Origin: Bacteroidota bacterium
Lineage (GTDB): Bacteria > Bacteroidota > Bacteroidia > Bacteroidales > F082
Assembly (NCBI GenBank): GCA_009773165.1
Contig: WOUZ01000016.1
Coordinates: 14,884-78,883, forward strand
Direction of reading: 5' to 3'
Length of the DNA stretch: 64,000 nucleotides
The notes beneath the pieces were generated by a model. That model did not search any database and was not told the DNA's origin. It saw only the letters and a program-made list of their open reading frames with translations. The position numbers and the translations under genes are program-made. Positions 8,791 to 17,828 of the stretch are shown one piece after another. How positions within the stretch are numbered: position 1 is the first letter of the stretch; each line of letters starts with the position of its first letter.

Positions 8791-8811
8791 AAATAGAACT
8801 AAAGGAAATAT

Positions 8812-10146
8812 TTAGTCCTTAACGCATCTTACCGACAACCCGAAATCTTTGGGATATCCATAATAATGATTTGCCTGAAACCAGCCCACTCCGGAGTGCT
8901 TGTAGTCGAGCGTACGATTAAAGGCCAAGTGAGTGATATTGATATATTCAGTGGTACTCCAGTAACGCGTTGTTTCACCTATATCATCAAAGGTTCCATG
9001 GAACCTGTTGCCTGCAGGAAGTGCCGAAAACCCACTGCTGTTGGTTCCGTTTCCGTTAATTTTCCAACCGTAATTATTCTTCATTTTTCTGCCTTCATCC
9101 GTCCCACGCCAATTAAAACCATCTGCTTGTTCAAAACTCATTCCCAGATACATTTCCAGTTCAATCCATTCGGCGTCGCTGGGCAAGTGCCAACCATCAG
9201 GACAAATTCCTTTAATCCCGCTCGGGTTCACATAACTGCTTGCAGCACCATTCATAGCTGCAGCCCAGGTGTACAAAGCGCCGTAAATATTTGCATAAGC
9301 CGTGGAATTATCATAATAACAGTAAGCCTTATCCGTATAATCCAGGTTAATCCAGTCCGCGTCGCTTTCGACAACAGGAATTTCTGTTCCATCAGCAAAG
9401 TGGGTGGTTTTAAGGTTATCTGCCATCCACCACTGGTCGCCAATTTTTACAGTGTTGTATGAATTTCCATCATAATCAGCGACAGTTCCTGTTTCCACCC
9501 CTCCGACCAAAACTTCGATAAAGGCATTTTCTGTTAGGGTATCAGCACCATAATTATTACCCACTGTTAACGAAATGTTGAATATGCCTGCCGACGGGAA
9601 TTGATGAGAAGGGTGTTGAGCTGTTGAGGTACTGCCATCTCCAAAATCCCATAACCAGTTAACAGGTTTATTTATCGAAAGATCAGTAAACTGAACCGAA
9701 GAACCAGGGCTTATCGAAGTTAAGTTTGCAGTAAAAGAAGCAACCGGGCTTTCAGGGTTATCTTCAGCTTCGGTTAAGATGATGGTAATTTCGTCGGAAG
9801 TTGAGCCGTCGCGATTATCATAAGCGGTTGCTTTTATGCGGTAGCTGCCCAAATTTTCCCATTTATTATCCCAATCGTATTGATAGGGCAAATTCGCCGA
9901 AGTCCCAATAATAATCCCATCAATAAAAAAAGCAACTTCTTTGATATCTCCGTCGGCATCAGACGCGTTTACAGAAATTGTAACAGGCATGTTTTTTTTG
10001 ATTTCATTTCCACTGACCGGATTTGTAATAATACAAACGGGGGCTTTGTTTACAGGCTCTTCAGTCTTAGAGCAACTGTTGGTCAACACAATAACAATCC
10101 CCAATGTCACGGCTGAACAGTACAAAAGAAGGATTATTTTCTTCAT
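8812..10146 (-). CDS. surface lipoprotein with Ig-like and PKD-like domains and a C-terminal FISUMP (Fibrobacter succinogenes major paralogous) domain
   Basis: 444-aa ORF. Lipoprotein-type signal (VLTNSCSK), PKD-like WDFGDGSTS, FISUMP-like VKIGDQWWMADNL ... GLSVRCVKD. Confidence 0.85.
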   Translation of the reverse strand: MKKIILLLYCSAVTLGIVIVLTNSCSKTEEPVNKAPVCIITNPVSGNEIKKNMPVTISVNASDADGDIKEVAFFIDGIIIGTSANLPYQYDWDNKWENLGSYRIKATAYDNRDGSTSDEITIILTEAEDNPESPVASFTANLTSISPGSSVQFTDLSINKPVNWLWDFGDGSTSTAQHPSHQFPSAGIFNISLTVGNNYGADTLTENAFIEVLVGGVETGTVADYDGNSYNTVKIGDQWWMADNLKTTHFADGTEIPVVESDADWINLDYTDKAYCYYDNSTAYANIYGALYTWAAAMNGAASSYVNPSGIKGICPDGWHLPSDAEWIELEMYLGMSFEQADGFNWRGTDEGRKMKNNYGWKINGNGTNSSGFSALPAGNRFHGTFDDIGETTRYWSTTEYINITHLAFNRTLDYKHSGVGWFQANHYYGYPKDFGLSVRCVKD

Positions 10147-10176
10147 AGAAGTTTGAAGTTTGGGAAGCTAATTCAA

Positions 10177-10221
10177 ATTGCTCCGATTAGCTAAATTAAA
10201 GACAATAAACTCAAAAGTCTG
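10177..10221 (-). promoter_or_regulatory. conserved leader/promoter block, copy 3 (diverged)
   Basis: ATTGCTCCGATTAGCTAAATTAAAGACAATAAACTCAAAAGTCTG, 30 nt upstream of the ATG at 10146. Confidence 0.5.
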
Positions 10222-10464
10222 CTTTTTTGCTCTTTTTATTTATCAAAGTTTTAATATGATTTCAATTCTTCGATTTTCTTGAACCTTAACCAAAATATAA
10301 AACTTGTAAGAGTATATTCATGCTTCTTCAAATCCTGTCATTTTTTTCGTTGAATGTTTTCAATTGCATTTATTCTTTAAATTTGATGTCTATCATTTTT
10401 AATGATCCTTTAAAATGAAGGCATGGTTTAAATCATTCTTTTACAAACAAACAACTTCAAGACA

Positions 10465-11775
10465 ATGAAATCACTGAAGCAAAAAAGCATCAAAATACCT
10501 GATCCACTGATTCTTGCATTATTACTAACCTTGTTAACTATGGTGCTTGCTTTCAGTCTGGGTTCAAATTCTGGTCCAGGCTTCCAGGGTGTTACCGATG
10601 TGATCATTTGGTGGAATCAGGGTATTTGGGATCTTTTGAGTTTCACCATGCAGATGGTTCTGATTCTTCTGCTTGGGTACATGCTTGCATTATCCCCTGT
10701 CTTCGGCAAGTTGTCGACAGCCTTGACAGCACTGGCAAAAAATCCTGTAACGGCGGCTTTAACGGTAAGTGTTACAGCTGTGATATTGGGTCTGCTCAAT
10801 TGGGGTCTGGCGCTTGTTTTCGGAGCTGTATTTGTGAGAAAGATTGCTATTCAGGCTGTTAAGAATGGAAATTCCATTAATTACCCATTACTGGGTGCAG
10901 CTGCTTATACCAGTATGATGGTCTGGCATGGAGGACTTTCAGGTTCAGCTCCCCTGTCGGTAGCTTCTTCAGGACATTTTCTCGTTGCAAAAACAGGTAT
11001 CATCGCATTAAGTGACACACTTTTTTCTCCAATGAACCTGATGGCCGCTTTTTCACTCTTAGTTTTATTACCTGTGGCAACATTTCTTATGTCACAAAGG
11101 TCCTTGAATAGTATTCCTGAGCTGCAAGTAAATGAAACCATCCAAAACGATGAATTAAATCAGCCTGTTACGCGCCTGACGCTCCTGAGTTTTTTTGGGG
11201 TTTTAATGTTGACTGGTTATTTCATTCGGCTTTTTCTAAGTGACAAAGTACCTAACTTAGGCCTTAACGAGATTAACCTGATACTTTTTGCACTCGTCCT
11301 CATTTTCCTTCCACAGTTAAAGCAATTTTCAGAAGCTGCACAAACAGCCGCTTCAAGTACCGTGGGTATCATTCTGCAATTTCCAGTTTATGCAGGTATT
11401 ATGGGCCTGATGAACCATTCGGGGCTGCTGAATGTAATGACGCAGTGGTTTATTGATATCTCTACGCCAGAAACTTTTTCGGTTTATGCATTCTTTAGTG
11501 CTTGTTTGGTAAATCTTTTCGTGCCTAGCGGTGGTGGTCAATGGGCGGTGCAGGGTCCAATGATCATTGATTCGGCGCTGGCACTTGGCGTTCCACCTTC
11601 AAAAGCTGTGATGGCTCTTGCTTATGGCGATCAACTTACAAATATGCTTCAACCTTTTTGGGCGTTACCATTGCTTGCTATCACAGGCCTGAAAGCCGGG
11701 CAAATTCTTAAATATGCTGTTATATACATGCTGCTCGGATTTGTTGTTTTTACTTTTTTTCTTGCAATTATGTAG
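10465..11775 (+). CDS. atoE: short-chain fatty acid transporter (AtoE family) membrane protein
   Basis: 436-aa polytopic membrane ORF. FPVYAGIMGLM and PSGGGQWAVQGP are as I remember the AtoE/TIGR00366 family. Confidence 0.8.
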   Translation: MKSLKQKSIKIPDPLILALLLTLLTMVLAFSLGSNSGPGFQGVTDVIIWWNQGIWDLLSFTMQMVLILLLGYMLALSPVFGKLSTALTALAKNPVTAALTVSVTAVILGLLNWGLALVFGAVFVRKIAIQAVKNGNSINYPLLGAAAYTSMMVWHGGLSGSAPLSVASSGHFLVAKTGIIALSDTLFSPMNLMAAFSLLVLLPVATFLMSQRSLNSIPELQVNETIQNDELNQPVTRLTLLSFFGVLMLTGYFIRLFLSDKVPNLGLNEINLILFALVLIFLPQLKQFSEAAQTAASSTVGIILQFPVYAGIMGLMNHSGLLNVMTQWFIDISTPETFSVYAFFSACLVNLFVPSGGGQWAVQGPMIIDSALALGVPPSKAVMALAYGDQLTNMLQPFWALPLLAITGLKAGQILKYAVIYMLLGFVVFTFFLAIM

Positions 11776-12030
11776 ATATTTGTGTTGAGTGTTTTTTTCT
11801 TCATGAAAGATTTTGTGATGTATGAACATCCAAATTCCGCAAACTGAAAACCAGAAACAGCTTTCAATAAAAAAAATTATATTTTTGCTGTAATTCTATC
11901 GGAAAAAAGTAGGGTTTCCTGATTGTGGTCTCAGTTGATTATGAAGCTTAAGTTTTCGTCAACTACCTTTTGATCTGGCATTTAACCTGATTTTAATGCT
12001 GATACTTTAAACTGAAAACAGAACTTAAGA

Positions 12031-12834
12031 ATGCATAATCAACGGTTTGTTGATAAAGTCGTTTGGATTACAGGTGCTTCATCAGGTATTGGAGAGGCCT
12101 GTGCTCTCGTCTTTGCCAAAGAAGGAGCTTCACTTATTCTTACCGGACGGTCTGTTGAAGCGCTGAATAAAGTTAGTTCAAAGTGTGCTGTATTGGGTGT
12201 AAGATGTGCCGTATTGCCTTATGACCTTTCCGATTTAGAGCACCTTAGCCTGTTAGTTGAAAAGGCTAATAACTTTTTTGGACCTATCGATGTGCTTTTT
12301 AATAATGCCGGTGTGAGTCAAAGGGCATTGGCTGGTGAGTCGCTGTTGTCAGTCGACAAAAAAATAATGGACATTAACTTTTTCTCTGCAGCTCACATCT
12401 CGAAACTGGTCCTGCCCTCAATGATTGCTAACGGAGGCGGTACAATTGCTGTCACAACAAGTATCACAGGCACGTTTGGCTTTCCTTTACGATCGGCTTA
12501 CAGCGCATCAAAACATGCATTGTATGGTTTTTTTGAGTCCTTGCATGCTGAATATCACCACAAAAATATCCGGGTTGTTTTTGTTTGTCCTGGCCGGGTA
12601 AAAACCAATATCTCCATCAATGCGCTGTCACAAAATGGTGAGCAGTACGGTCAGATGGATGACGGACAATCCGGTGGTATCAGTCCTGAGAAAGCAGCGA
12701 AAAAAATTGTTTCGGCTATCTACCATCGAAAACCTGAGGTGTTGGTAGGAGGAAAAGAGCTGTTGATGGTGTATATCAAGCGCCTTTTTCCGGGATTATT
12801 ACGTAAAATCATTCGAAAAATAAAGCACACATAA
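12031..12834 (+). CDS. SDR-family oxidoreductase
   Basis: TGASSGIGEA Rossmann motif, NNAG, catalytic YSASKHAL. Confidence 0.9.
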   Translation: MHNQRFVDKVVWITGASSGIGEACALVFAKEGASLILTGRSVEALNKVSSKCAVLGVRCAVLPYDLSDLEHLSLLVEKANNFFGPIDVLFNNAGVSQRALAGESLLSVDKKIMDINFFSAAHISKLVLPSMIANGGGTIAVTTSITGTFGFPLRSAYSASKHALYGFFESLHAEYHHKNIRVVFVCPGRVKTNISINALSQNGEQYGQMDDGQSGGISPEKAAKKIVSAIYHRKPEVLVGGKELLMVYIKRLFPGLLRKIIRKIKHT

Positions 12835-12839
12835 TAATT

Positions 12840-13931
12840 ATGGAAAATTACATCATAAGCGGAGTGCAACAGATTGGCATCGGCGTTGAAGATTTAAAGA
12901 CAAGCTGGAATTATTACATCAATGCCTTTCAGATGGATGTGCGCATACTTGAGGATGATACAGTAGCCGAACTTATGCTTCCATACACCGGCAATAAACC
13001 TCAGAAACGTCATGCAGCTATTGCCATCAACATGCAGGGAGGTGGAGGTTTTGAGATCTGGCAATATTCGCAACGCAAACCCCAACAGATTGGTTTTGAA
13101 ATACAATTTGGCGATATTGGCATTTTTGCTGCTAAAATCAAAAGCCGCGATGTAAAAAAGACTTACGAACTTTTTGCCAAAAAACCTGAAGTGAACATCC
13201 TGGGTCAATTGGCAGAATCTATCGATAAGCAGCTGACGTTTTTTGTAAAAGACCCGTTCGGTAACATCTTTCAGGTGGTTCATGACGAAAGCATCTTTGT
13301 AGATGAACACCGCACAAGTGGTGGTGCAGCAGGTGCAATCATTGGCGTGAGCGATATCGAAAAGGCACTTCCGGTATACCGTGACATATTGGGACATGAT
13401 AAAGTTCTGGCTGACACGACAGGCATTTTCGAAGATCTTAAAGTGTTACCATCAGGCGATCAGCACTTTAGAAGGGTGTTATTGACTCATTCCACAACAC
13501 GAAAAGGCAAGTTCAGCAAGTTGTTTGGCAATTCGTATATCGAACTGGTACAGGCGATTGACCGTCAACCCAAAAAAATCTATGAAGGAAGATTCTGGGG
13601 CGACCCAGGTTTTATTCACCTCTGCTTCGATGTAGGTAATATGGAAGGTTTAAAAAACAGTTGTGCCGAAAAGGGATTTTCTTTTACTGTTGATTCTTCG
13701 GTAAAGCATAATGCTGTAAATTCTTTTGATATGGGTGAAGCTGCAGGGCATTTTTCGTATATCGAGGATCCTGACGGCAACCTCATCGAATTTGTTGAAA
13801 CGCATAAGATACCACTTATCAAGAAGTTAGGTATCAGTCTCAACCTGCGAAAAGGCAATATCGAAAAACCATTACCAACATGGATGCTTAAGTTCCTGAA
13901 AATGGGAAGGGTAAAAGCCGGAAAGCTTTAG
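12840..13931 (+). CDS. VOC/glyoxalase-fold family protein (two-domain)
   Basis: 363-aa ORF 5 nt after the SDR gene. Repeated VOC-like strands VKDPFGNIFQV and IEDPDGNLIEF. Confidence 0.75.
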   Translation: MENYIISGVQQIGIGVEDLKTSWNYYINAFQMDVRILEDDTVAELMLPYTGNKPQKRHAAIAINMQGGGGFEIWQYSQRKPQQIGFEIQFGDIGIFAAKIKSRDVKKTYELFAKKPEVNILGQLAESIDKQLTFFVKDPFGNIFQVVHDESIFVDEHRTSGGAAGAIIGVSDIEKALPVYRDILGHDKVLADTTGIFEDLKVLPSGDQHFRRVLLTHSTTRKGKFSKLFGNSYIELVQAIDRQPKKIYEGRFWGDPGFIHLCFDVGNMEGLKNSCAEKGFSFTVDSSVKHNAVNSFDMGEAAGHFSYIEDPDGNLIEFVETHKIPLIKKLGISLNLRKGNIEKPLPTWMLKFLKMGRVKAGKL

Positions 13932-14049
13932 ATCGCTTCTACCCTATTCGCTTAAACTATGATCTTCAGTTAATTAATGAAAGAGCATAGACTTTACATT
14001 GAAGCTGCGGAAATATCTTTCTTAATTTCATAATTTTAGATTGTGTGAA

Positions 14050-14088
14050 CCCTTTGCGCCCTTTGCGCCTTCTCGGCGCTCTTTGCGG
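14050..14088. repeat. short CTTTGCG-type tandem repeat block
   Basis: CCCTTTGCG CCCTTTGCG CCTTCTCGGCG CTCTTTGCGG. This type of small repeat is, to my recollection, widespread in Bacteroidota intergenic regions. Confidence 0.5.
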
Positions 14089-14264
14089 TTAAAGACTTTA
14101 GGCATTGATTACCAATATTTTAAAAGGTATATCCTACACTGTATACTCTTGGAAACAATTCATTTTAATCTTCACGCTTTCTAATTGTCGGTAAAGTGAA
14201 ATTAAAGTGCAAGCTTTTGGCAGCTTTTCAGCAGTCACTAATTAATGTCTGTCCATAATGTCTG

Positions 14265-14386
14265 GTGCTTGAGCTTTAAAGTTTGAGGGCGAGGCATGTA
14301 CGGAATGAATGTCAGGAGTTTACTAATGTAAATGACTGACATGAATGACGTATATAACGAAGCCATCGGACTTTAAAGACAAGCAC
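14265..14386. repeat. long-range inverted repeat (18-nt arms) enclosing ~85 nt with an inner hairpin
   Basis: Left arm GTGCTTGAGCTTTAAAGT (14265-14282) versus right arm GACTTTAAAGACAAGCAC (14369-14386). Inner palindrome TGTCAG...CTGACA. Lies immediately downstream of the DUF2007-like gene stop. Confidence 0.55.
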
Positions 14387-14389
14387 TAA

Positions 14390-14620
14390 TTAATGCTGTG
14401 ATTGTTCATAAGCTTTAATAATGGCTTTAGCAGCCTCCGCATTTTCTTTAGAGATGATTACCCTAACACCGCCTGACGGTGCCCAAACTGCATTTCTTGA
14501 TCCTATTAGCTCGTCTTTTAAAAATGCAGGGATGTTTTCATTCTCCAAAAGATTTACCACCATCTGCGATTGAAATAACGTGCCGTCATATACTTCAATA
14601 AGAGAAACAGTATCTTTCAT
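14390..14620 (-). CDS. small DUF2007-like (putative signal-transducing) protein
   Basis: 76-aa ORF. The pattern LIEVY...QSQMVVNLLENENIPAFLKDE...VIISKENAEAAKAII matches my memory of DUF2007. Confidence 0.65.
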   Translation of the reverse strand: MKDTVSLIEVYDGTLFQSQMVVNLLENENIPAFLKDELIGSRNAVWAPSGGVRVIISKENAEAAKAIIKAYEQSQH

Positions 14621-15005
14621 TTATTACACGATTATGATTCAATGACTGCAAAGTTAAGGTTTTGATTACGAATTAACTCAATTCATTTTTTTCAACATCT
14701 GAGATATAAAATTAAGTGAATCGGACTATAATCCATTCATTGCCAACGAACGCGTAGTAACATTCATATTTGAATGAAATTGCATGGCTTTAATATCCAT
14801 TTTTTAAATGCTTTCATTATCAACAAGATTGCTTATAAAGTCTCACAAAACATCCAGCTTATTTATTTGACTTATTTTTATCGTTACCTTACTTTTACTA
14901 CTTGTTTTTGATGTGTACCCAGATACATAAGTAATTCAAAATCAAACATAATTCATTGCTGTTCTGATTCAAGTTCAATCCAATTAAAACAAAACACAAC
15001 CGAAA

Positions 15006-16142
15006 ATGAAAAAATTAACCTCCACGTTGATATTTTTTTGGTTTAGTATGGGAATTGTCGTGTCGCAACCGCTAATTGTAAATCACAGCAGCACGCAAAT
15101 TTCTGAAATTCCTCAATCAGCCATTGATGCTGCAAAATCGGCACTTCATATTGCTTACGGACATACTTCGCATGGGAGTCAGCTTACTGAAGGGATGGAT
15201 GGTCTGGTAGGTTTCATGAATGCAAATGGCTATCCTGTAGATCTTTATGCCTGGTCGAATGGTGGTTCTGGCGGCACATTGGATTTGCATGATTATGCGA
15301 TGGATGGCGATGTGGGATATTACCCCGAGTGGGTGAATAATACACGCAATTACCTGGGTATACCCAACGCCATCAACGGCAGAGGATCTGGCCCAAATGC
15401 CGATGTGAATGTGATCATTTGGTCGTGGTGTGGTCAGGTAGAAGAAAAATTTGTTTCAGGAACATTATTCAGTGAATACCTCAATCCAATGGCAGAACTG
15501 GAGTCGGACTATTTTGGGATAAAGTTTGTTTATATGACCGGACATCTCGATCATTGGGATGATGCGAATAACAAAGCTGCCAATCAAGCTATAAGAGATT
15601 ATTGTCAGGCCAATAATAAGGTACTTTATGATTTTGCTGATATCGAAAGCTACGATCCTGATGACACTTATTTCCAATATTCAAGCGACGACTGCAGCTA
15701 CTACAACTCATCGGGAACTCTGCTTGGAAACTGGGCAACAGAATGGCAAGATACACATACCGAAGGAGTTGACTGGTATCAATGTGGTGCTGCGCATACT
15801 TATCCCCTGAATTCCAACCAAAAAGCTTATGCAGCCTGGTGGTTATGGGCAGCACTTGCAGGATGGGATCAAAACCTTTCATCAACACCCTCAGTAAATC
15901 TGCAAGAAAACATTTCAATTTTTCCAAACCCATGTAAAGATTGGCTTTCAATAAAATCCTTGACAGGAAAACCAATTCAATCGGTTAATCTAAAAAACCC
16001 CTTAGGACAAACAGTGATTTGTGATAGACGGAAGTCGGTTTTAGCAGTTGAATTATCTTTAAAAGAATTACCTGAAGGAATCTATTTCTTAAGCTTCATG
16101 ATTGAAAACCAAACGCTAACCCAAAAAATTATATTGAAATAA
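15006..16142 (+). CDS. secreted protein with T9SS C-terminal sorting domain
   Basis: 378-aa ORF. Signal peptide (LIFFWFSMGIVVSQ). C-terminal ~80 aa are T9SS-CTD-like (ISIFPNPCKDWLSIKS ... GIYFLSF ... QKIILK). N-terminal catalytic domain not recognised. Confidence 0.8.
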   Translation: MKKLTSTLIFFWFSMGIVVSQPLIVNHSSTQISEIPQSAIDAAKSALHIAYGHTSHGSQLTEGMDGLVGFMNANGYPVDLYAWSNGGSGGTLDLHDYAMDGDVGYYPEWVNNTRNYLGIPNAINGRGSGPNADVNVIIWSWCGQVEEKFVSGTLFSEYLNPMAELESDYFGIKFVYMTGHLDHWDDANNKAANQAIRDYCQANNKVLYDFADIESYDPDDTYFQYSSDDCSYYNSSGTLLGNWATEWQDTHTEGVDWYQCGAAHTYPLNSNQKAYAAWWLWAALAGWDQNLSSTPSVNLQENISIFPNPCKDWLSIKSLTGKPIQSVNLKNPLGQTVICDRRKSVLAVELSLKELPEGIYFLSFMIENQTLTQKIILK

Positions 16143-16223
16143 TGCTGTGACTAAGTTGTTGTTGTTTTATAACACCAACGACTCTCTTGAAAAACGAGTT
16201 TTCTAAAGTCTTTAAAGCATAAT

Positions 16224-17168
16224 CTACATAGTGATGATAACTTTGCCACGAGGCCTGCCCTTCTCTGCCATTTTAAAAGCCTCAGCTGCATTTGCCAGGT
16301 TAAAAGTATGTTCAATAACCGGAGTTAGCTTCTTTTCAGCGAAAAGCTTCTCGATCTCATCGTAATCTTCAGCGCGTTTGCGCATGTTTGAGGATGTGAT
16401 TTTCTTTCCTGTAACTAACCAAACCAACGAAGTTAAAAAAGCAGGAGCAATTAAAATCAATGGAGACGCATAAACACCGTCTTTTTTGAGTAATCGGGAG
16501 AAATCTTTATATTTCATCTGTCCCCAGGCATCCAAAATTGCATCAAATGGTTCTGAAATCATTTCCAAATCCCGGAGACTGTAACCTACCCTATTATCTG
16601 CCCCCAACTTCAACACCAGATCGCTGTTAGCTTCACTGCATGAGGCTGTTACATACGCGCCTTTTGTCTTTGCGATCTGAACAGCAAAATGCCCGACACC
16701 ACCCGTCGCACCATTGATAAACAACTTTGTACCTGCCTTAACCCCGCAACGTCTCAACCCGTTCAATGCTGTCAGAGCTGCAACAGGAAGCGAAGCCGCC
16801 TGCTCAAAAGTCATGCCTTCAGGGATATGTCTTAAATTTTTCGGAGCTGTGACAATTAATTCGGAGAGCGAACCCGGTTTCCCTGTAAAAATTGATACAG
16901 CACCATAAACCTTGTCTCCAACTTTATAATCATCTTGATTTTCAGCAGCTTTCCTTACAATTCCAGCAAAATCAGTACCGACTATCTTCGGCAATTTTGC
17001 ACCCGGTATAAAGCCTGTGTCAGCATTGTTAAGTTTGTAGTCAACGGGATTGATTGATACTGCTTTAACCTCAATCAGCATCTGATGTGAACCAGCAATA
17101 GGATCAGGAAGATCACCATATACGGATAGATCGGTCTTTTTAAATGATTCTTTGTAAAATGCTTTCAT
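16224..17168 (-). CDS. NAD(P)H-dependent medium-chain dehydrogenase/quinone oxidoreductase family protein
   Basis: 314-aa ORF. INPVDYK and the GATGGVGHFAVQIAK nucleotide-binding motif. Confidence 0.85.
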   Translation of the reverse strand: MKAFYKESFKKTDLSVYGDLPDPIAGSHQMLIEVKAVSINPVDYKLNNADTGFIPGAKLPKIVGTDFAGIVRKAAENQDDYKVGDKVYGAVSIFTGKPGSLSELIVTAPKNLRHIPEGMTFEQAASLPVAALTALNGLRRCGVKAGTKLFINGATGGVGHFAVQIAKTKGAYVTASCSEANSDLVLKLGADNRVGYSLRDLEMISEPFDAILDAWGQMKYKDFSRLLKKDGVYASPLILIAPAFLTSLVWLVTGKKITSSNMRKRAEDYDEIEKLFAEKKLTPVIEHTFNLANAAEAFKMAEKGRPRGKVIITM

Positions 17169-17306
17169 TTTTATTCGGTATTAATTTTTTCTAGTACTGT
17201 TTTGTATTTATTATTTTGAATTTAAGAAGTTCAACTGAACTAAAAGAATGTCATTTTGAATTAACTCAAACTCCTGGTTACATGGAATTGGATCAACTGT
17301 GTTTTC

Positions 17307-17774
17307 TCAATCTTCCACTGTCTTTTCCCGATTTTCATCGCTTTGTTTTAAAAACGAGATCAGGAGTTTTAGCGTTACCCTAAAATCCTCAAACTGCTGT
17401 TCATCATAGTTTTCAATCTTCAGACTACTTAACAAAGACTCAGGTATTGATGCCGCTAATAACTTCATTTCACTACCTTTTTGAGTAAGTTTTATCAAAA
17501 CTTTTCGTTCATCTTCATTAGATCGGTTTCTGATTATCAGGCCTTGTTTTTCCATGCGTTTCAGTAAAGGAGTTATGGTGTTGGTGTTTAATATCAGCTT
17601 ATTAGCTATACCGTTAACAGTCACCATGTCTTCTTCCCACAAGACCATGAGCACTAAATATTGAGGATAAGTGATTCCTAAGTCATCCAAAAATGGTTGG
17701 TACGCCCGGGTAATTAACCGCGAAATGGCATAAAACGGAAAACATATTTGATTTTCAAGTTTCAACTGTTCCAT
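17307..17774 (-). CDS. MarR-family transcriptional regulator, OhrR-like
   Basis: 155-aa ORF with a winged-helix core. The N-terminal LENQICFPFY resembles the conserved redox-Cys context of OhrR. Confidence 0.8.
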   Translation of the reverse strand: MEQLKLENQICFPFYAISRLITRAYQPFLDDLGITYPQYLVLMVLWEEDMVTVNGIANKLILNTNTITPLLKRMEKQGLIIRNRSNEDERKVLIKLTQKGSEMKLLAASIPESLLSSLKIENYDEQQFEDFRVTLKLLISFLKQSDENREKTVED

Positions 17775-17828
17775 AAATCATTTTACTGTTTAAGAGATGG
17801 TCAAAGTAACTAATTGTTGCAACAAAGT

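Larger units (their letters stand above)
7508..8800. repeat. tandem segmental duplication, unit 2 (genes B2 + A2 + leader + transporter fragment)
   Basis: Aligns with unit 1. It lacks the 87 nt that correspond to 6463-6549, and its right end is rearranged. Confidence 0.8.

Noticed and set aside
8866-9462. 198-aa plus-strand ORF inside the FISUMP lipoprotein gene. Similar antisense ORFs lie at 12894-13397, 22339-22761, 32355-32834 and 41782-42117.
   Set aside because: All are embedded antisense in long ORFs with recognisable domains and have no motifs of their own.
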